Shown: piece by piece, positions 15,801 to 31,400 of the stretch
How the letters are laid out: each line of letters starts with the position of its first letter
Numbering within the stretch: position 1 is the stretch's first letter
Notes under the pieces: model-generated
Told to the model about the DNA's origin: nothing
The model's database searches: none
What the model saw: only the letters and a program-made list of their open reading frames with translations
Assembly (NCBI GenBank): GCA_964016885.1
Contig: OZ024744.1
Coordinates: 30,814,001-30,878,000 of the forward strand
DNA from: Eledone cirrhosa
Lineage: Eukaryota
DNA length: 64,000 nt
Direction of reading: 5' to 3'
Program-made: the position numbers and the translations under genes

Positions 15801-18800
15801 ATTCCTGATGAATTCTAAAGAATGAAACAGTTCTAGTCCTGTAGAATCTCATCTATATTAACATTTTTTCACACCCAGATTCCTGATGATTTCTAAAGAA
15901 TGAAACAGTTCTAGTCCTGTAGAATCTCATCTATATTAAAATTTTTTGATACCCGGATTCCTGATAATTTGTAAAGAATGAAACAGTACTAGTCGTGTAG
16001 CATCTCATCTATATTAAACATTTTTGATACCCAGATTTCTGATGATTTCTAAAGAATGAAACAGTTCAAGTCCTGTAGAATCTCATCTATATTAACATTT
16101 TTGATACCCAGATTCCTGATGATTTCTAAAGAATGAAACAGTTCTAGTCCTGTAGAATGTCATCTATATTAAAATTTTTTCACACCCAGATTCCTGATGA
16201 TTTCTAAAGAATGAAACAGTTCTAGTCCTGTAGAATCTCATCTATATTAACATTTTTTGATACCCAGATTCCTGATGATTTCTAAAGAATGAATCAGTTC
16301 TAGTCCAGTAGAATCTCATCTATATTAACATTTTTTGATACCCAGATTCCTGATGAATTCTAAAGAATGAAACAGTTCTAGTCCTGTAGAATCTCATCTA
16401 TATTAAAATTTTTGGATACCCAGATTCCTGATGATTTCTAAAGAATGAAACAGTTCTAGTCCTTTAGAATCACATCCATATTAAAATTTTTTGATACCCA
16501 GATTCCTGATGATTTCTAAAGAATGAAACAGTTCTAGTCCTGTAGAATCTCATCAATATTAAAATTTTTTGATACCCCGATTCCTGATGATTTCTAAAGA
16601 ATGAAACAGTTCTAGTCCTGTAGAATCTCATCTATATTAAAATTTTTGGATACCGAGATTCCTGATGATTTCTAAAGAATGAAACAGTTCCAGTCCTGTA
16701 GAATCTCATCCATATTAAAAATTTTTGATACCCAGATTCCTGATGATTTCTAAAGAATGAAACAGTTCTAGTCCTGTAGAATCTCATCTATATTAAAAAT
16801 TCTTGATACCCAGATTCCTGATGATTTCTAAAGAATGAAACAGTTCTAGTCCTGTAGAATCTCATCTATATTAACATTTTTTGATACCCAGATTCCTGAT
16901 GATTTCTAAAGAATGAAACAGTTCTAGTCCTGTAGAATCTCATCTATATTAACATTTTTTGATACCCAGATTCCTGATGGTTTCTAAAGAATCAAACAGT
17001 TCTAGTCCTGTAGAATCTCATCTATATTAACATTTTTTTATAACCAGATTCCTGATGAATTCTAAAGAATGAAACAGTTCTAGTCCTGTAGAATCTCATC
17101 TATATTAACATTTTTGATACCCAGATTCCTGATGATTTCTAAAGAATGAAACAGATCTAGTCCTGTAGAATCTCATGTATATTAACAATTTTTGATACCC
17201 AGATTCCTGATGATTTCTAAACAATGAAACAGTTCTAGTCCTGTAGAATCTCATCTACATTAAATTTTTTAGATACCCAGATTCCTGATGATTTCTAAAG
17301 AATGAAACAGTTCTAGTCCTGTAGAATCTCATCTATATTAACATTTTTTGATACCCAGATTCCTGATGATTTCTAAACAATGAAACAGTTCTAGTCCTGT
17401 AGAATCTCATCTACATTAAATTTTTTAGATACCCAGATTCCTGATGATTTCTAAAGAATGAAACAGTTCTAGTCCTTTAGAATCTCATCCATATTAAAAT
17501 TTGTTGATACCCAGATTCCTGATAATTTGTAAAGAATGAAACAGTTCTAGTCCTGTAGAATCTCATCTATATTAAAATTTTTTGATACCCAGATTCCTGA
17601 TGATTTCTAAAGAGTGAAACTGTTCTAGTCCTGTAGAATCTCATCTATATTAACATTTTTTGATACCCAGATTCCTGATGATTTCTAAAGAATGAAACTG
17701 TTCTAGTCCTGTAAAATCTCATCTATATTAACATTTTTTGATACCCAGATTCCTGATGAATTCTAAAGAATGAAACAGTTCTAGTCCTGTAGAATCTCAT
17801 CTATATTAACATTTTTTGATACCCAGATTCCTGATGAATTCTAAAGAATGAAACAGTTCTGGTCCTGTAGAATCTCATCTATATTAACATTTTTGATACC
17901 CTGATTCCTGATGATTTCTAAAGAATGAAACAGTTCTAGTCATCTAGAATCTCATCTATATTAACATTTTTTGATACCCAGATTCCTGATGAATTCTAAA
18001 GAATGAAACAGTTCAAGTCCTGTAGAATCTCATCTATATTAACATTTTTGATACCCAGATTCCTGATGATTTCTAAAGAATGAAACAGTTCTAGTCCTGT
18101 AGAATCTCATGTATATTAACAATTTTTGATACCCAGATTCCTGATAATTTGTAAAGAATGAAACAGTTCTAGTCCTGTAGAATCTCATCTATATTAACAT
18201 TTTTTCACACCCAGATTCCTGATGATTTCTAAAGAATGAAACAGTTCTAGTCCTGTAGAATCTCATCTATATTAACATTTTTTGATACCCAGATTCCTGA
18301 TGATTTCTAAAGAATGAAACAGTTCTAGTCCAGTAGAATCTCATCTATATTAAAATTTTTTGATACCCCGATTCCTGATGATTTCTAAAGAATGAAACAG
18401 TTCTAGTCCTGTAGAATCTCATCTATATTAAAATTTTTGGACACCGAGATTCCTGATGATTTCTAAAGAATGAAACAGTTCTAGTCCTGTAGAATCTCAT
18501 CCATATTAAAAATTTTTGATACCCAGATTCCTGATAATTTGTAAAGAATGAAACAGTTCTAGTCCTGTAGAATCTCATCTATATTAACATTTTTTGATAC
18601 CCAGATTCCTGATGGTTTCTAAAGAATGAAACAGTTCTAGTCCTGTAGAATCTCATCTATATAAACATTTTTTGATACCCAGATTCCTGATGAATTCTAA
18701 AGAATGAAAGAGTTCTAGTCCTGTAGAATCTCATCTATATTAACATTTTTGATACCCAGATTCCTGATGATTTCTAAAGAATGAAACAGTTCTAGTCCTC

Positions 18801-21800
18801 TAGAATCTCATCTATATTAAGATTTTTCGATACCCAGATTCCTGATGAATTCTAAAGAATGAAACAGTTCAAGTCCTGTAGAATCTCATCTATATTAACA
18901 TTTTTGATACCCAGATTCCTGATGATTTCTAAACAATGAAACAGTTATAGTCCTGTAGAATCTCATCTACATTAAATTTTTTAGATACCCAGATTCCTGA
19001 TGATTTCTAAAGAATGAAACAGTTCTAGTCCTGTAGAATCTCATCTATATTAACATTTTTTGATACCCAGATTCCTGATGATTTCTAAAGAATGAAACAG
19101 TTCTAGTCCTTTAGAATCTCATCCATATTAAAATTTGTTGATACCCAGATTTCTGATAATTTCTAAAGAATGAAACAGTTCTAGTCATCTAGAATCTCAT
19201 CTATGTATAAATTTTTTGATACCCAGATTCCTGATAATTTCTAAAGAATGAAACAGTTCTAGTCCTGTAGAATCTCATCTATATTAACATTTTTTGATAC
19301 CCAGATTTCTGATAATTTCTAAAGAATGAAACAGATCTAGTCCTGTAGAATCTCATCTATATTAAAATTTTTAGATACCCAGATTCCTGATAATTTGTAA
19401 AGAATGAAACAGTTCTAGTCCTGTAGAATCTCATCTATATTAAAATTTTTTGATACCCAGATTCCTGATGATTTCTAAAGAATGAAACAGATCTAGTCCT
19501 GTAGAATCTCATCTATATTAAAATTTTTTGATACCCAGATTCCTGATGATTTCTAAAGAATGAAACAGTTCTAGTCCTGTAGAATCTCATCAATATTTAC
19601 ATTTTTTGATACCCAGATTCCTGATGATTTCTAAAGAATGAAACAGTTCTAGTCCTGTAGAATCTCATCTATATTAACATTTTTTGATACCCAGATTCCT
19701 GATGAATTCTAAAGAATGAAACAGTTCAAGTCCTGTAGAATCTCATCTATATTAACATTTTTGATACCCAGATTCCTGATGATTTCTAAAGAATGAAACA
19801 GTTCTAGTCCTGTAGAATCTCATGTATATTAACAATTTTTGATACCCAGATTCCTGATGATTTCTAAACAATGAAACAGTTCTAGTCCTGTAGAATCTCA
19901 TCTACATTAAATGTTTTAGATACCCAGATTCCTGATGATTTCTAAAGAATGAAACAGTTCTAGTCCTGTAGAATCTCATGTATATTAACATTTTTTGATA
20001 CCCAGATTCCTGATGATTTCTAAAGAATGAAACAGTTGTAGTCCTTTAGAATCTCATCCATATTAAATTTTTTAGATACCCAGATTCCTGATGATTTCTA
20101 AAGAATGAAACAGTTCTAGTCCTGTAGAATCTCATCTATATTAACATTTTTTGATACCCAGATTCCTGATGATTTCTAAAGAATGAAACAGTTCTAGTCC
20201 TCTAGAATCTCATCTATATTAACATTTTTTGATACCCAGATTCCTGATGATTTCTAAAGAATGAAACAGTTGTAGTCCTTTAGAATCTCATCCATATTCA
20301 AAATTTTTGATACCCAGATTCCTGATGATTTCTAAAGAATGAAACTGTTCTAGTCCTGTAGAATCTCATCTATATTAACATTTTTTGATACCCAGATTCC
20401 TGATGAATTCTAAAGAATGAAACAGTTCTAGTCCTGTAGAATCTCATCTATATTAACATTTTTTGATACCCAGATTCCTGATGAATTCTAAAGAATGAAA
20501 CAGTTCTAGTCCTGTAGAATCTCATCTATATTAACATTTTTGATACCCTGATTCCTGATGATTTCTAAAGAATGAAACAGTTCTAGTCATCTAGAATCTC
20601 ATCTATATTAATATTTTTTGATACCCAGATTCCTGATGAATTCTAAAGAATGAAACAGTTCTAGTCCTGTAGAATCTCATCTATATTAACATTTTTTCAC
20701 ACCCAGATTCCTGATGATTTCTAAAGAATGAAACAGTTCTAGTCCTGTAGAATCTCATCTATATTAAAATTTTTTGATACCCGGATTCCTGATAATTTGT
20801 AAAGAATGAAACAGTACTAGTCGTGTAGCATCTCATCTATATTAAACATTTTTGATACCCAGATTTCTGATGATTTCTAAAGAATGAAACAGTTCAAGTC
20901 CTGTAGAATCTCATCTATATTAACATTTTTGATACCCAGATTCCTGATGATTTCTAAAGAATGAAACAGTTCTAGTCCTGTAGAATGTCATCTATATTAA
21001 AATTTTTTCACACCCAGATTCCTGATGATTTCTAAAGAATGAAACAGTTCTAGTCCTGTAGAATCTCATCTATATTAACATTTTTTGATACCCAGATTCC
21101 TGATGATTTCTAAAGAATGAATCAGTTCTAGTCCAGTAGAATCTCATCTATATTAACATTTTTTGATACCCAGATTCCTGATGAATTCTAAAGAATGAAA
21201 CAGTTCTAGTCCTGTAGAATCTCATCTATATTAAAATTTTTGGATACCCAGATTCCTGATGATTTCTAAAGAATGAAACAGTTCTAGTCCTTTAGAATCA
21301 CATCCATATTAAAATTTTTTGATACCCAGATTCCTGATGATTTCTAAAGAATGAAACAGTTCTAGTCCTGTAGAATCTCATCAATATTAAAATTTTTTGA
21401 TATCCCGATTCCTGATGATTTCTAAAGAATGAAACAGTTCTAGTCCTGTAGAATCTCATCTATATTAAAATTTTTGGATACCGAGATTCCTGATGATTTC
21501 TAAAGAATGAAACAGTTCCAGTCCTGTAGAATCTCATCCATATTAAAAATTTTTGATACCCAGATTCCTGATGATTTCTAAAGAATGAAACAGTTCTAGT
21601 CCTGTAGAATCTCATCTATATTAAAAATTCTTGATACCCAGATTCCTGATGATTTCTAAAGAATGAAACAGTTCTAGTCCTGTAGAATCTCATCTATATT
21701 AACATTTTTTGATACCCAGATTCCTGATGATTTCTAAAGAATGAAACAGTTCTAGTCCTGTAGAATCTCATCTATATTAACATTTTTTGATACCCAGATT

Positions 21801-22490
21801 CCTGATGGTTTCTAAAGAATCAAACAGTTCTAGTCCTGTAGAATCTCATCTATATTAACATTTTTTTATAACCAGATTCCTGATGAATTCTAAAGAATGA
21901 AACAGTTCTAGTCCTGTAGAATCTCATCTATATTAACATTTTTGATACCCAGATTCCTGATGATTTCTAAAGAATGAAACAGATCTAGTCCTGTAGAATC
22001 TCATGTATATTAACAATTTTTGATACCCAGATTCCTGATGATTTCTAAACAATGAAACAGTTCTAGTCCTGTAGAATCTCATCTACATTAAATTTTTTAG
22101 ATACCCAGATTCCTGATGATTTCTAAAGAATGAAACAGTTCTAGTCCTGTAGAATCTCATCTATATTAACATTTTTTGATACCCAGATTCCTGATGATTT
22201 CTAAACAATGAAACAGTTCTAGTCCTGTAGAATCTCATCTACATTAAATTTTTTAGATACCCAGATTCCTGATGATTTCTAAAGAATGAAACAGTTCTAG
22301 TCCTTTAGAATCTCATCCATATTAAAATTTGTTGATACCCAGATTCCTGATAATTTGTAAAGAATGAAACAGTTCTAGTCCTGTAGAATCTCATCTATAT
22401 TAAAATTTTTTGATACCCAGATTCCTGATGATTTCTAAAGAGTGAAACTGTTCTAGTCCTGTAGAATCTCATCTATATTAACATTTTTTG
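12850..22490. repeat. Higher-order repeat: two tandem copies of a 4828-bp (about 62-monomer) block
   Basis: Rare variants recur at offset 4828: CTGTAAAATC at 12881 and 17709; CCCGGATTC at 15952 and 20780. Boundaries approximate. Confidence 0.85.
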
Positions 22491-25400
22491 ATACACAGAT
22501 TCCTGATGATTTCTAAAGAATGAAACTGTTCTAGTCCTGTAGAATCTCATCTATATTAACATTTTTTGATACCCAGATTTCTGATGATTTCTAAAGAATG
22601 AAACAGTTCTAGTCCTTTAGAATCTCATCTATATTAACATTTTTTGATACCCAGATTCCTGATGAATTCTAAAGAATGAAACAGTTCTAGTCCTGTAGAA
22701 TCTCATCTATATTAACATTTTTGATACCCTAATTCCTGATGATTTCTAAAGAATGAAACAGTTCTAGTCATCTAGAATCTCATCTATATTAACATTTTTT
22801 GATACCCAGATTCCTGATGAATTCTAAAGAATGAAACAGTTCAAGTCCTGTAGAATCTCATCTATATTAACATTTTTGATACCCAGATTCCTGATGATTT
22901 CTAAAGAATGAAACAGTTCTAGTCCTGTAGAATCTCATGTATATTAACAATTTTTGATACCCAGATTCCTGATGATTTCTAAAGAATGAAACAGTTCTAG
23001 TCCTGTAGAATCTCATATACATTAAATTTTTTAGATAGCCAGATTCCTGATGATTTCTAAAGAATGAAACAGTTCTAGTCCTGTAGAATCTCAACTATAT
23101 TAACATTTTTTGACACCCAGATTCCTGATGATTTCTAAAGAATGAAACAGTTCTATTCCTGTAGAATCTCATCTATATTAAAAAATGTTGATACCCAAAA
23201 TCCTGATGAGTTCTAAAGAATGAAACACCTATAGTCCTGTAGAACCTCATAAATATTAACATTTTTTGATACCCAGATTCCTGATGATTTCTAAAGAATG
23301 AAACAGTTCTAGTCCTGTAGAATCTCATCTATACTAAAATTTTTTGATACCTAGATTCCTGGAGATTTCTAAAGAATGAAACAGTTCTAGTCCTGTAGAA
23401 TCTCATCTATATTAAAAATTTTTGATACCCAGATTCCTGATGATTTCTAAAGAATCAAACAGCTCTAGTGCTGTAGAACCTCATCTATATTAACATTTTT
23501 TGATACCCAGATTCCTGAAGATTTCTAAAGAATGAAACAGTTCTAGTCCTGTAGAATCTCATATATATTAACATTTTTTGACACCCAGATTCCTGATGAT
23601 TTCTAAAGAATGAAACAGTCCTAGTCGTGTAGCATCTCATCTATATTAAACATTTTTGATACCCAGATTTCTGATGATTTCTAAAGAATGAAACAGTTCT
23701 CGTCCTGTAGAATCTCATCTATATTAAAAAATGTTGATACCCAGATTCCTGTTGTTTTCTAAAGAATGAAACAGTTCTAGTCCTGTAGAATATCATCTAT
23801 ATTAAAATTTTTTGATACCCAGATTCCTGATGATTTCTAAAGAATGAAACAGTTGTAGTTCAGTAGAATCTCATCTATATTAAAATTTTTTGACACCCAG
23901 ATTCCTGATGATTTCTAAAGAATGAAACAGATCTAGTCCTGTAGAATCTCATCTATATTAACATTTTTTGATACCCAGATTCCTGATGATTTCTAAAGAA
24001 TGAAACAGTTCTAGTCCTGTAGAATCTCATCTATATTAACATTTTTTGATACCCAGATTCCTGATGATTTCTAAAGAATGAAACAGTTCTAGTCCTCTAG
24101 AATCTCATCTATATTAACATTTTTTGATACCCAGATTCCTGATGATTTCTAAAGAATGAAACAGTTGTAGTCGTTTAGAATCTCATCCATATTCAAAATT
24201 TTTGATACCCAGATTCCTGATGATTTCTAAAGAATGAAACTGTTCTAGTCCTGTAGAATCTCATCTATATTAACATTTTTTGATACCCAGATTCCTGATG
24301 AATTCTAAAGAATGAAACAGTTCTAGTCCTGTAGAATCTCATCTATATTAACATTTTTTGATACCCAGATTCCTGATGAATTCTAAAGAATGAAACAGTT
24401 CTAGTCCTGTAGAATCTCATCTATATTAACATTTTTGATACCCTGATTCCTGATGATTTCTAAAGAATGAAACAGTTCTAGTCATCTAGAATCTCATCTA
24501 TATTAATATTTTTTGATACCCAGATTCCTGATGAATTCTAAAGAATGAAACAGTTCTAGTCCTGTAGAATCTCATCTATATTAACATTTTTTCACACCCA
24601 GATTCCTGATGATTTCTAAAGAATGAAACAGTTCTAGTCCTGTAGAATCTCATCTATATTAAAATTTTTTGATACCCGGATTCCTGATAATTTGTAAAGA
24701 ATGAAACAGTACTAGTCGTGTAGCATCTCATCTATATTAAACATTTTTGATACCCAGATTTCTGATGATTTCTAAAGAATGAAACAGTTCAAGTCCTGTA
24801 GAATCTCATCTATATTAACATTTTTGATACCCAGATTCCTGATGATTTCTAAAGAATGAAACAGTTCTAGTCCTGTAGAATGTCATCTATATTAAAATTT
24901 TTTCACACCCAGATTCCTGATGATTTCTAAAGAATGAAACAGTTCTAGTCCTGTAGAATCTCATCTATATTAACATTTTTTGATACCCAGATTCCTGATG
25001 ATTTCTAAAGAATGAATCAGTTCTAGTCCAGTAGAATCTCATCTATATTAACATTTTTTGATACCCAGATTCCTGATGAATTCTAAAGAATGAAACAGTT
25101 CTAGTCCTGTAGAATCTCATCTATATTAAAATTTTTGGATACCCAGATTCCTGATGATTTCTAAAGAATGAAACAGTTCTAGTCCTTTAGAATCACATCC
25201 ATATTAAAATTTTTTGATACCCAGATTCCTGATGATTTCTAAAGAATGAAACAGTTCTAGTCCTGTAGAATCTCATCAATATTAAAATTTTTTGATACCC
25301 CGATTCCTGATGATTTCTAAAGAATGAAACAGTTCTAGTCCTGTAGAATCTCATCTATATTAAAATTTTTGGATACCGAGATTCCTGATGATTTCTAAAG

Positions 25401-28400
25401 AATGAAACAGTTCCAGTCCTGTAGAATCTCATCCATATTAAAAATTTTTGATACCCAGATTCCTGATGATTTCTAAAGAATGAAACAGTTCTAGTCCTGT
25501 AGAATCTCATCTATATTAAAAATTCTTGATACCCAGATTCCTGATGATTTCTAAAGAATGAAACAGTTCTAGTCCTGTAGAATCTCATCTATATTAACAT
25601 TTTTTGATACCCAGATTCCTGATGATTTCTAAAGAATGAAACAGTTCTAGTCCTGTAGAATCTCATCTATATTAACATTTTTTGATACCCAGATTCCTGA
25701 TGGTTTCTAAAGAATCAAACAGTTCTAGTCCTGTAGAATCTCATCTATATTAACATTTTTTTATAACCAGATTCCTGATGAATTCTAAAGAATGAAACAG
25801 TTCTAGTCCTGTAGAATCTCATCTATATTAACATTTTTGATACCCAGATTCCTGATGATTTCTAAAGAATGAAACAGATCTAGTCCTGTAGAATCTCATG
25901 TATATTAACAATTTTTGATACCCAGATTCCTGATGATTTCTAAACAATGAAACAGTTCTAGTCCTGTAGAATCTCATCTACATTAAATTTTTTAGATACC
26001 CAGATTCCTGATGATTTCTAAAGAATGAAACAGTTCTAGTCCTGTAGAATCTCATCTATATTAACATTTTTTGATACCCAGATTCCTGATGATTTCTAAA
26101 CAATGAAACAGTTCTAGTCCTGTAGAATCTCATCTACATTAAATTTTTTAGATACCCAGATTCCTGATGATTTCTAAAGAATGAAACAGTTCTAGTCCTT
26201 TAGAATCTCATCCATATTAAAATTTGTTGATACCCAGATTCCTGATAATTTGTAAAGAATGAAACAGTTCTAGTCCTGTAGAATCTCATCTATATTAAAA
26301 TTTTTTGATACCCAGATTCCTGATGATTTCTAAAGAGTGAAACTGTTCTAGTCCTGTAGAATCTCATCTATATTAACATTTTTTGATACCCAGATTCCTG
26401 ATGATTTCTAAAGAATGAAACTGTTCTAGTCCTGTAAAATCTCATCTATATTAACATTTTTTGATACCCAGATTCCTGATGAATTCTAAAGAATGAAACA
26501 GTTCTAGTCCTGTAGAATCTCATCTATATTAACATTTTTTGATACCCAGATTCCTGATGAATTCTAAAGAATGAAACAGTTCTGGTCCTGTAGAATCTCA
26601 TCTATATTAACATTTTTGATACCCTGATTCCTGATGATTTCTAAAGAATGAAACAGTTCTAGTCATCTAGAATCTCATCTATATTAACATTTTTTGATAC
26701 CCAGATTCCTGATGAATTCTAAAGAATGAAACAGTTCAAGTCCTGTAGAATCTCATCTATATTAACATTTTTGATACCCAGATTCCTGATGATTTCTAAA
26801 GAATGAAACAGTTCTAGTCCTGTAGAATCTCATGTATATTAACAATTTTTGATACCCAGATTCCTGATAATTTGTAAAGAATGAAACAGTTCTAGTCCTG
26901 TAGAATCTCATCTATATTAACATTTTTTCACACCCAGATTCCTGATGATTTCTAAAGAATGAAACAGTTCTAGTCCTGTAGAATCTCATCTATATTAACA
27001 TTTTTTGATACCCAGATTCCTGATGATTTCTAAAGAATGAAACAGTTCTAGTCCAGTAGAATCTCATCTATATTAAAATTTTTTGATACCCCGATTCCTG
27101 ATGATTTCTAAAGAATGAAACAGTTCTAGTCCTGTAGAATCTCATCTATATTAAAATTTTTGGACACCGAGATTCCTGATGATTTCTAAAGAATGAAACA
27201 GTTCTAGTCCTGTAGAATCTCATCCATATTAAAAATTTTTGATACCCAGATTCCTGATAATTTGTAAAGAATGAAACAGTTCTAGTCCTGTAGAATCTCA
27301 TCTATATTAACATTTTTTGATACCCAGATTCCTGATGGTTTCTAAAGAATGAAACAGTTCTAGTCCTGTAGAATCTCATCTATATAAACATTTTTTGATA
27401 CCCAGATTCCTGATGAATTCTAAAGAATGAAAGAGTTCTAGTCCTGTAGAATCTCATCTATATTAACATTTTTGATACCCAGATTCCTGATGATTTCTAA
27501 AGAATGAAACAGTTCTAGTCCTCTAGAATCTCATCTATATTAAGATTTTTCGATACCCAGATTCCTGATGAATTCTAAAGAATGAAACAGTTCAAGTCCT
27601 GTAGAATCTCATCTATATTAACATTTTTGATACCCAGATTCCTGATGATTTCTAAACAATGAAACAGTTATAGTCCTGTAGAATCTCATCTACATTAAAT
27701 TTTTTAGATACCCAGATTCCTGATGATTTCTAAAGAATGAAACAGTTCTAGTCCTGTAGAATCTCATCTATATTAACATTTTTTGATACCCAGATTCCTG
27801 ATGATTTCTAAAGAATGAAACAGTTCTAGTCCTTTAGAATCTCATCCATATTAAAATTTGTTGATACCCAGATTTCTGATAATTTCTAAAGAATGAAACA
27901 GTTCTAGTCATCTAGAATCTCATCTATGTATAAATTTTTTGATACCCAGATTCCTGATAATTTCTAAAGAATGAAACAGTTCTAGTCCTGTAGAATCTCA
28001 TCTATATTAACATTTTTTGATACCCAGATTTCTGATAATTTCTAAAGAATGAAACAGATCTAGTCCTGTAGAATCTCATCTATATTAAAATTTTTAGATA
28101 CCCAGATTCCTGATAATTTGTAAAGAATGAAACAGTTCTAGTCCTGTAGAATCTCATCTATATTAAAATTTTTTGATACCCAGATTCCTGATGATTTCTA
28201 AAGAATGAAACAGATCTAGTCCTGTAGAATCTCATCTATATTAAAATTTTTTGATACCCAGATTCCTGATGATTTCTAAAGAATGAAACAGTTCTAGTCC
28301 TGTAGAATCTCATCAATATTTACATTTTTTGATACCCAGATTCCTGATGATTTCTAAAGAATGAAACAGTTCTAGTCCTGTAGAATCTCATCTATATTAA

Positions 28401-31400
28401 CATTTTTTGATACCCAGATTCCTGATGAATTCTAAAGAATGAAACAGTTCAAGTCCTGTAGAATCTCATCTATATTAACATTTTTGATACCCAGATTCCT
28501 GATGATTTCTAAAGAATGAAACAGTTCTAGTCCTGTAGAATCTCATGTATATTAACAATTTTTGATACCCAGATTCCTGATGATTTCTAAACAATGAAAC
28601 AGTTCTAGTCCTGTAGAATCTCATCTACATTAAATGTTTTAGATACCCAGATTCCTGATGATTTCTAAAGAATGAAACAGTTCTAGTCCTGTAGAATCTC
28701 ATGTATATTAACATTTTTTGATACCCAGATTCCTGATGATTTCTAAAGAATGAAACAGTTGTAGTCCTTTAGAATCTCATCCATATTAAATTTTTTAGAT
28801 ACCCAGATTCCTGATGATTTCTAAAGAATGAAACAGTTCTAGTCCTGTAGAATCTCATCTATATTAACATTTTTTGATACCCAGATTCCTGATGATTTCT
28901 AAAGAATGAAACAGTTCTAGTCCTCTAGAATCTCATCTATATTAACATTTTTTGATACCCAGATTCCTGATGATTTCTAAAGAATGAAACAGTTGTAGTC
29001 CTTTAGAATCTCATCCATATTCAAAATTTTTGATACCCAGATTCCTGATGATTTCTAAAGAATGAAACTGTTCTAGTCCTGTAGAATCTCATCTATATTA
29101 ACATTTTTTGATACCCAGATTCCTGATGAATTCTAAAGAATGAAACAGTTCTAGTCCTGTAGAATCTCATCTATATTAACATTTTTTGATACCCAGATTC
29201 CTGATGAATTCTAAAGAATGAAACAGTTCTAGTCCTGTAGAATCTCATCTATATTAACATTTTTGATACCCTGATTCCTGATGATTTCTAAAGAATGAAA
29301 CAGTTCTAGTCATCTAGAATCTCATCTATATTAATATTTTTTGATACCCAGATTCCTGATGAATTCTAAAGAATGAAACAGTTCTAGTCCTGTAGAATCT
29401 CATCTATATTAACATTTTTTCACACCCAGATTCCTGATGATTTCTAAAGAATGAAACAGTTCTAGTCCTGTAGAATCTCATCTATATTAAAATTTTTTGA
29501 TACCCGGATTCCTGATAATTTGTAAAGAATGAAACAGTACTAGTCGTGTAGCATCTCATCTATATTAAACATTTTTGATACCCAGATTTCTGATGATTTC
29601 TAAAGAATGAAACAGTTCAAGTCCTGTAGAATCTCATCTATATTAACATTTTTGATACCCAGATTCCTGATGATTTCTAAAGAATGAAACAGTTCTAGTC
29701 CTGTAGAATGTCATCTATATTAAAATTTTTTCACACCCAGATTCCTGATGATTTCTAAAGAATGAAACAGTTCTAGTCCTGTAGAATCTCATCTATATTA
29801 ACATTTTTTGATACCCAGATTCCTGATGATTTCTAAAGAATGAATCAGTTCTAGTCCAGTAGAATCTCATCTATATTAACATTTTTTGATACCCAGATTC
29901 CTGATGAATTCTAAAGAATGAAACAGTTCTAGTCCTGTAGAATCTCATCTATATTAAAATTTTTGGATACCCAGATTCCTGATGATTTCTAAAGAATGAA
30001 ACAGTTCTAGTCCTTTAGAATCACATCCATATTAAAATTTTTTGATACCCAGATTCCTGATGATTTCTAAAGAATGAAACAGTTCTAGTCCTGTAGAATC
30101 TCATCAATATTAAAATTTTTTGATATCCCGATTCCTGATGATTTCTAAAGAATGAAACAGTTCTAGTCCTGTAGAATCTCATCTATATTAAAATTTTTGG
30201 ATACCGAGATTCCTGATGATTTCTAAAGAATGAAACAGTTCCAGTCCTGTAGAATCTCATCCATATTAAAAATTTTTGATACCCAGATTCCTGATGATTT
30301 CTAAAGAATGAAACAGTTCTAGTCCTGTAGAATCTCATCTATATTAAAAATTCTTGATACCCAGATTCCTGATGATTTCTAAAGAATGAAACAGTTCTAG
30401 TCCTGTAGAATCTCATCTATATTAACATTTTTTGATACCCAGATTCCTGATGATTTCTAAAGAATGAAACAGTTCTAGTCCTGTAGAATCTCATCTATAT
30501 TAACATTTTTTGATACCCAGATTCCTGATGGTTTCTAAAGAATCAAACAGTTCTAGTCCTGTAGAATCTCATCTATATTAACATTTTTTTATAACCAGAT
30601 TCCTGATGAATTCTAAAGAATGAAACAGTTCTAGTCCTGTAGAATCTCATCTATATTAACATTTTTGATACCCAGATTCCTGATGATTTCTAAAGAATGA
30701 AACAGATCTAGTCCTGTAGAATCTCATGTATATTAACAATTTTTGATACCCAGATTCCTGATGATTTCTAAACAATGAAACAGTTCTAGTCCTGTAGAAT
30801 CTCATCTACATTAAATTTTTTAGATACCCAGATTCCTGATGATTTCTAAAGAATGAAACAGTTCTAGTCCTGTAGAATCTCATCTATATTAACATTTTTT
30901 GATACCCAGATTCCTGATGATTTCTAAACAATGAAACAGTTCTAGTCCTGTAGAATCTCATCTACATTAAATTTTTTAGATACCCAGATTCCTGATGATT
31001 TCTAAAGAATGAAACAGTTCTAGTCCTTTAGAATCTCATCCATATTAAAATTTGTTGATACCCAGATTCCTGATAATTTGTAAAGAATGAAACAGTTCTA
31101 GTCCTGTAGAATCTCATCTATATTAAAATTTTTTGATACCCAGATTCCTGATGATTTCTAAAGAGTGAAACTGTTCTAGTCCTGTAGAATCTCATCTATA
31201 TTAACATTTTTTGATACACAGATTCCTGATGATTTCTAAAGAATGAAACTGTTCTAGTCCTGTAGAATCTCATCTATATTAACATTTTTTGATACCCAGA
31301 TTTCTGATGATTTCTAAAGAATGAAACAGTTCTAGTCCTTTAGAATCTCATCTATATTAACATTTTTTGATACCCAGATTCCTGATGAATTCTAAAGAAT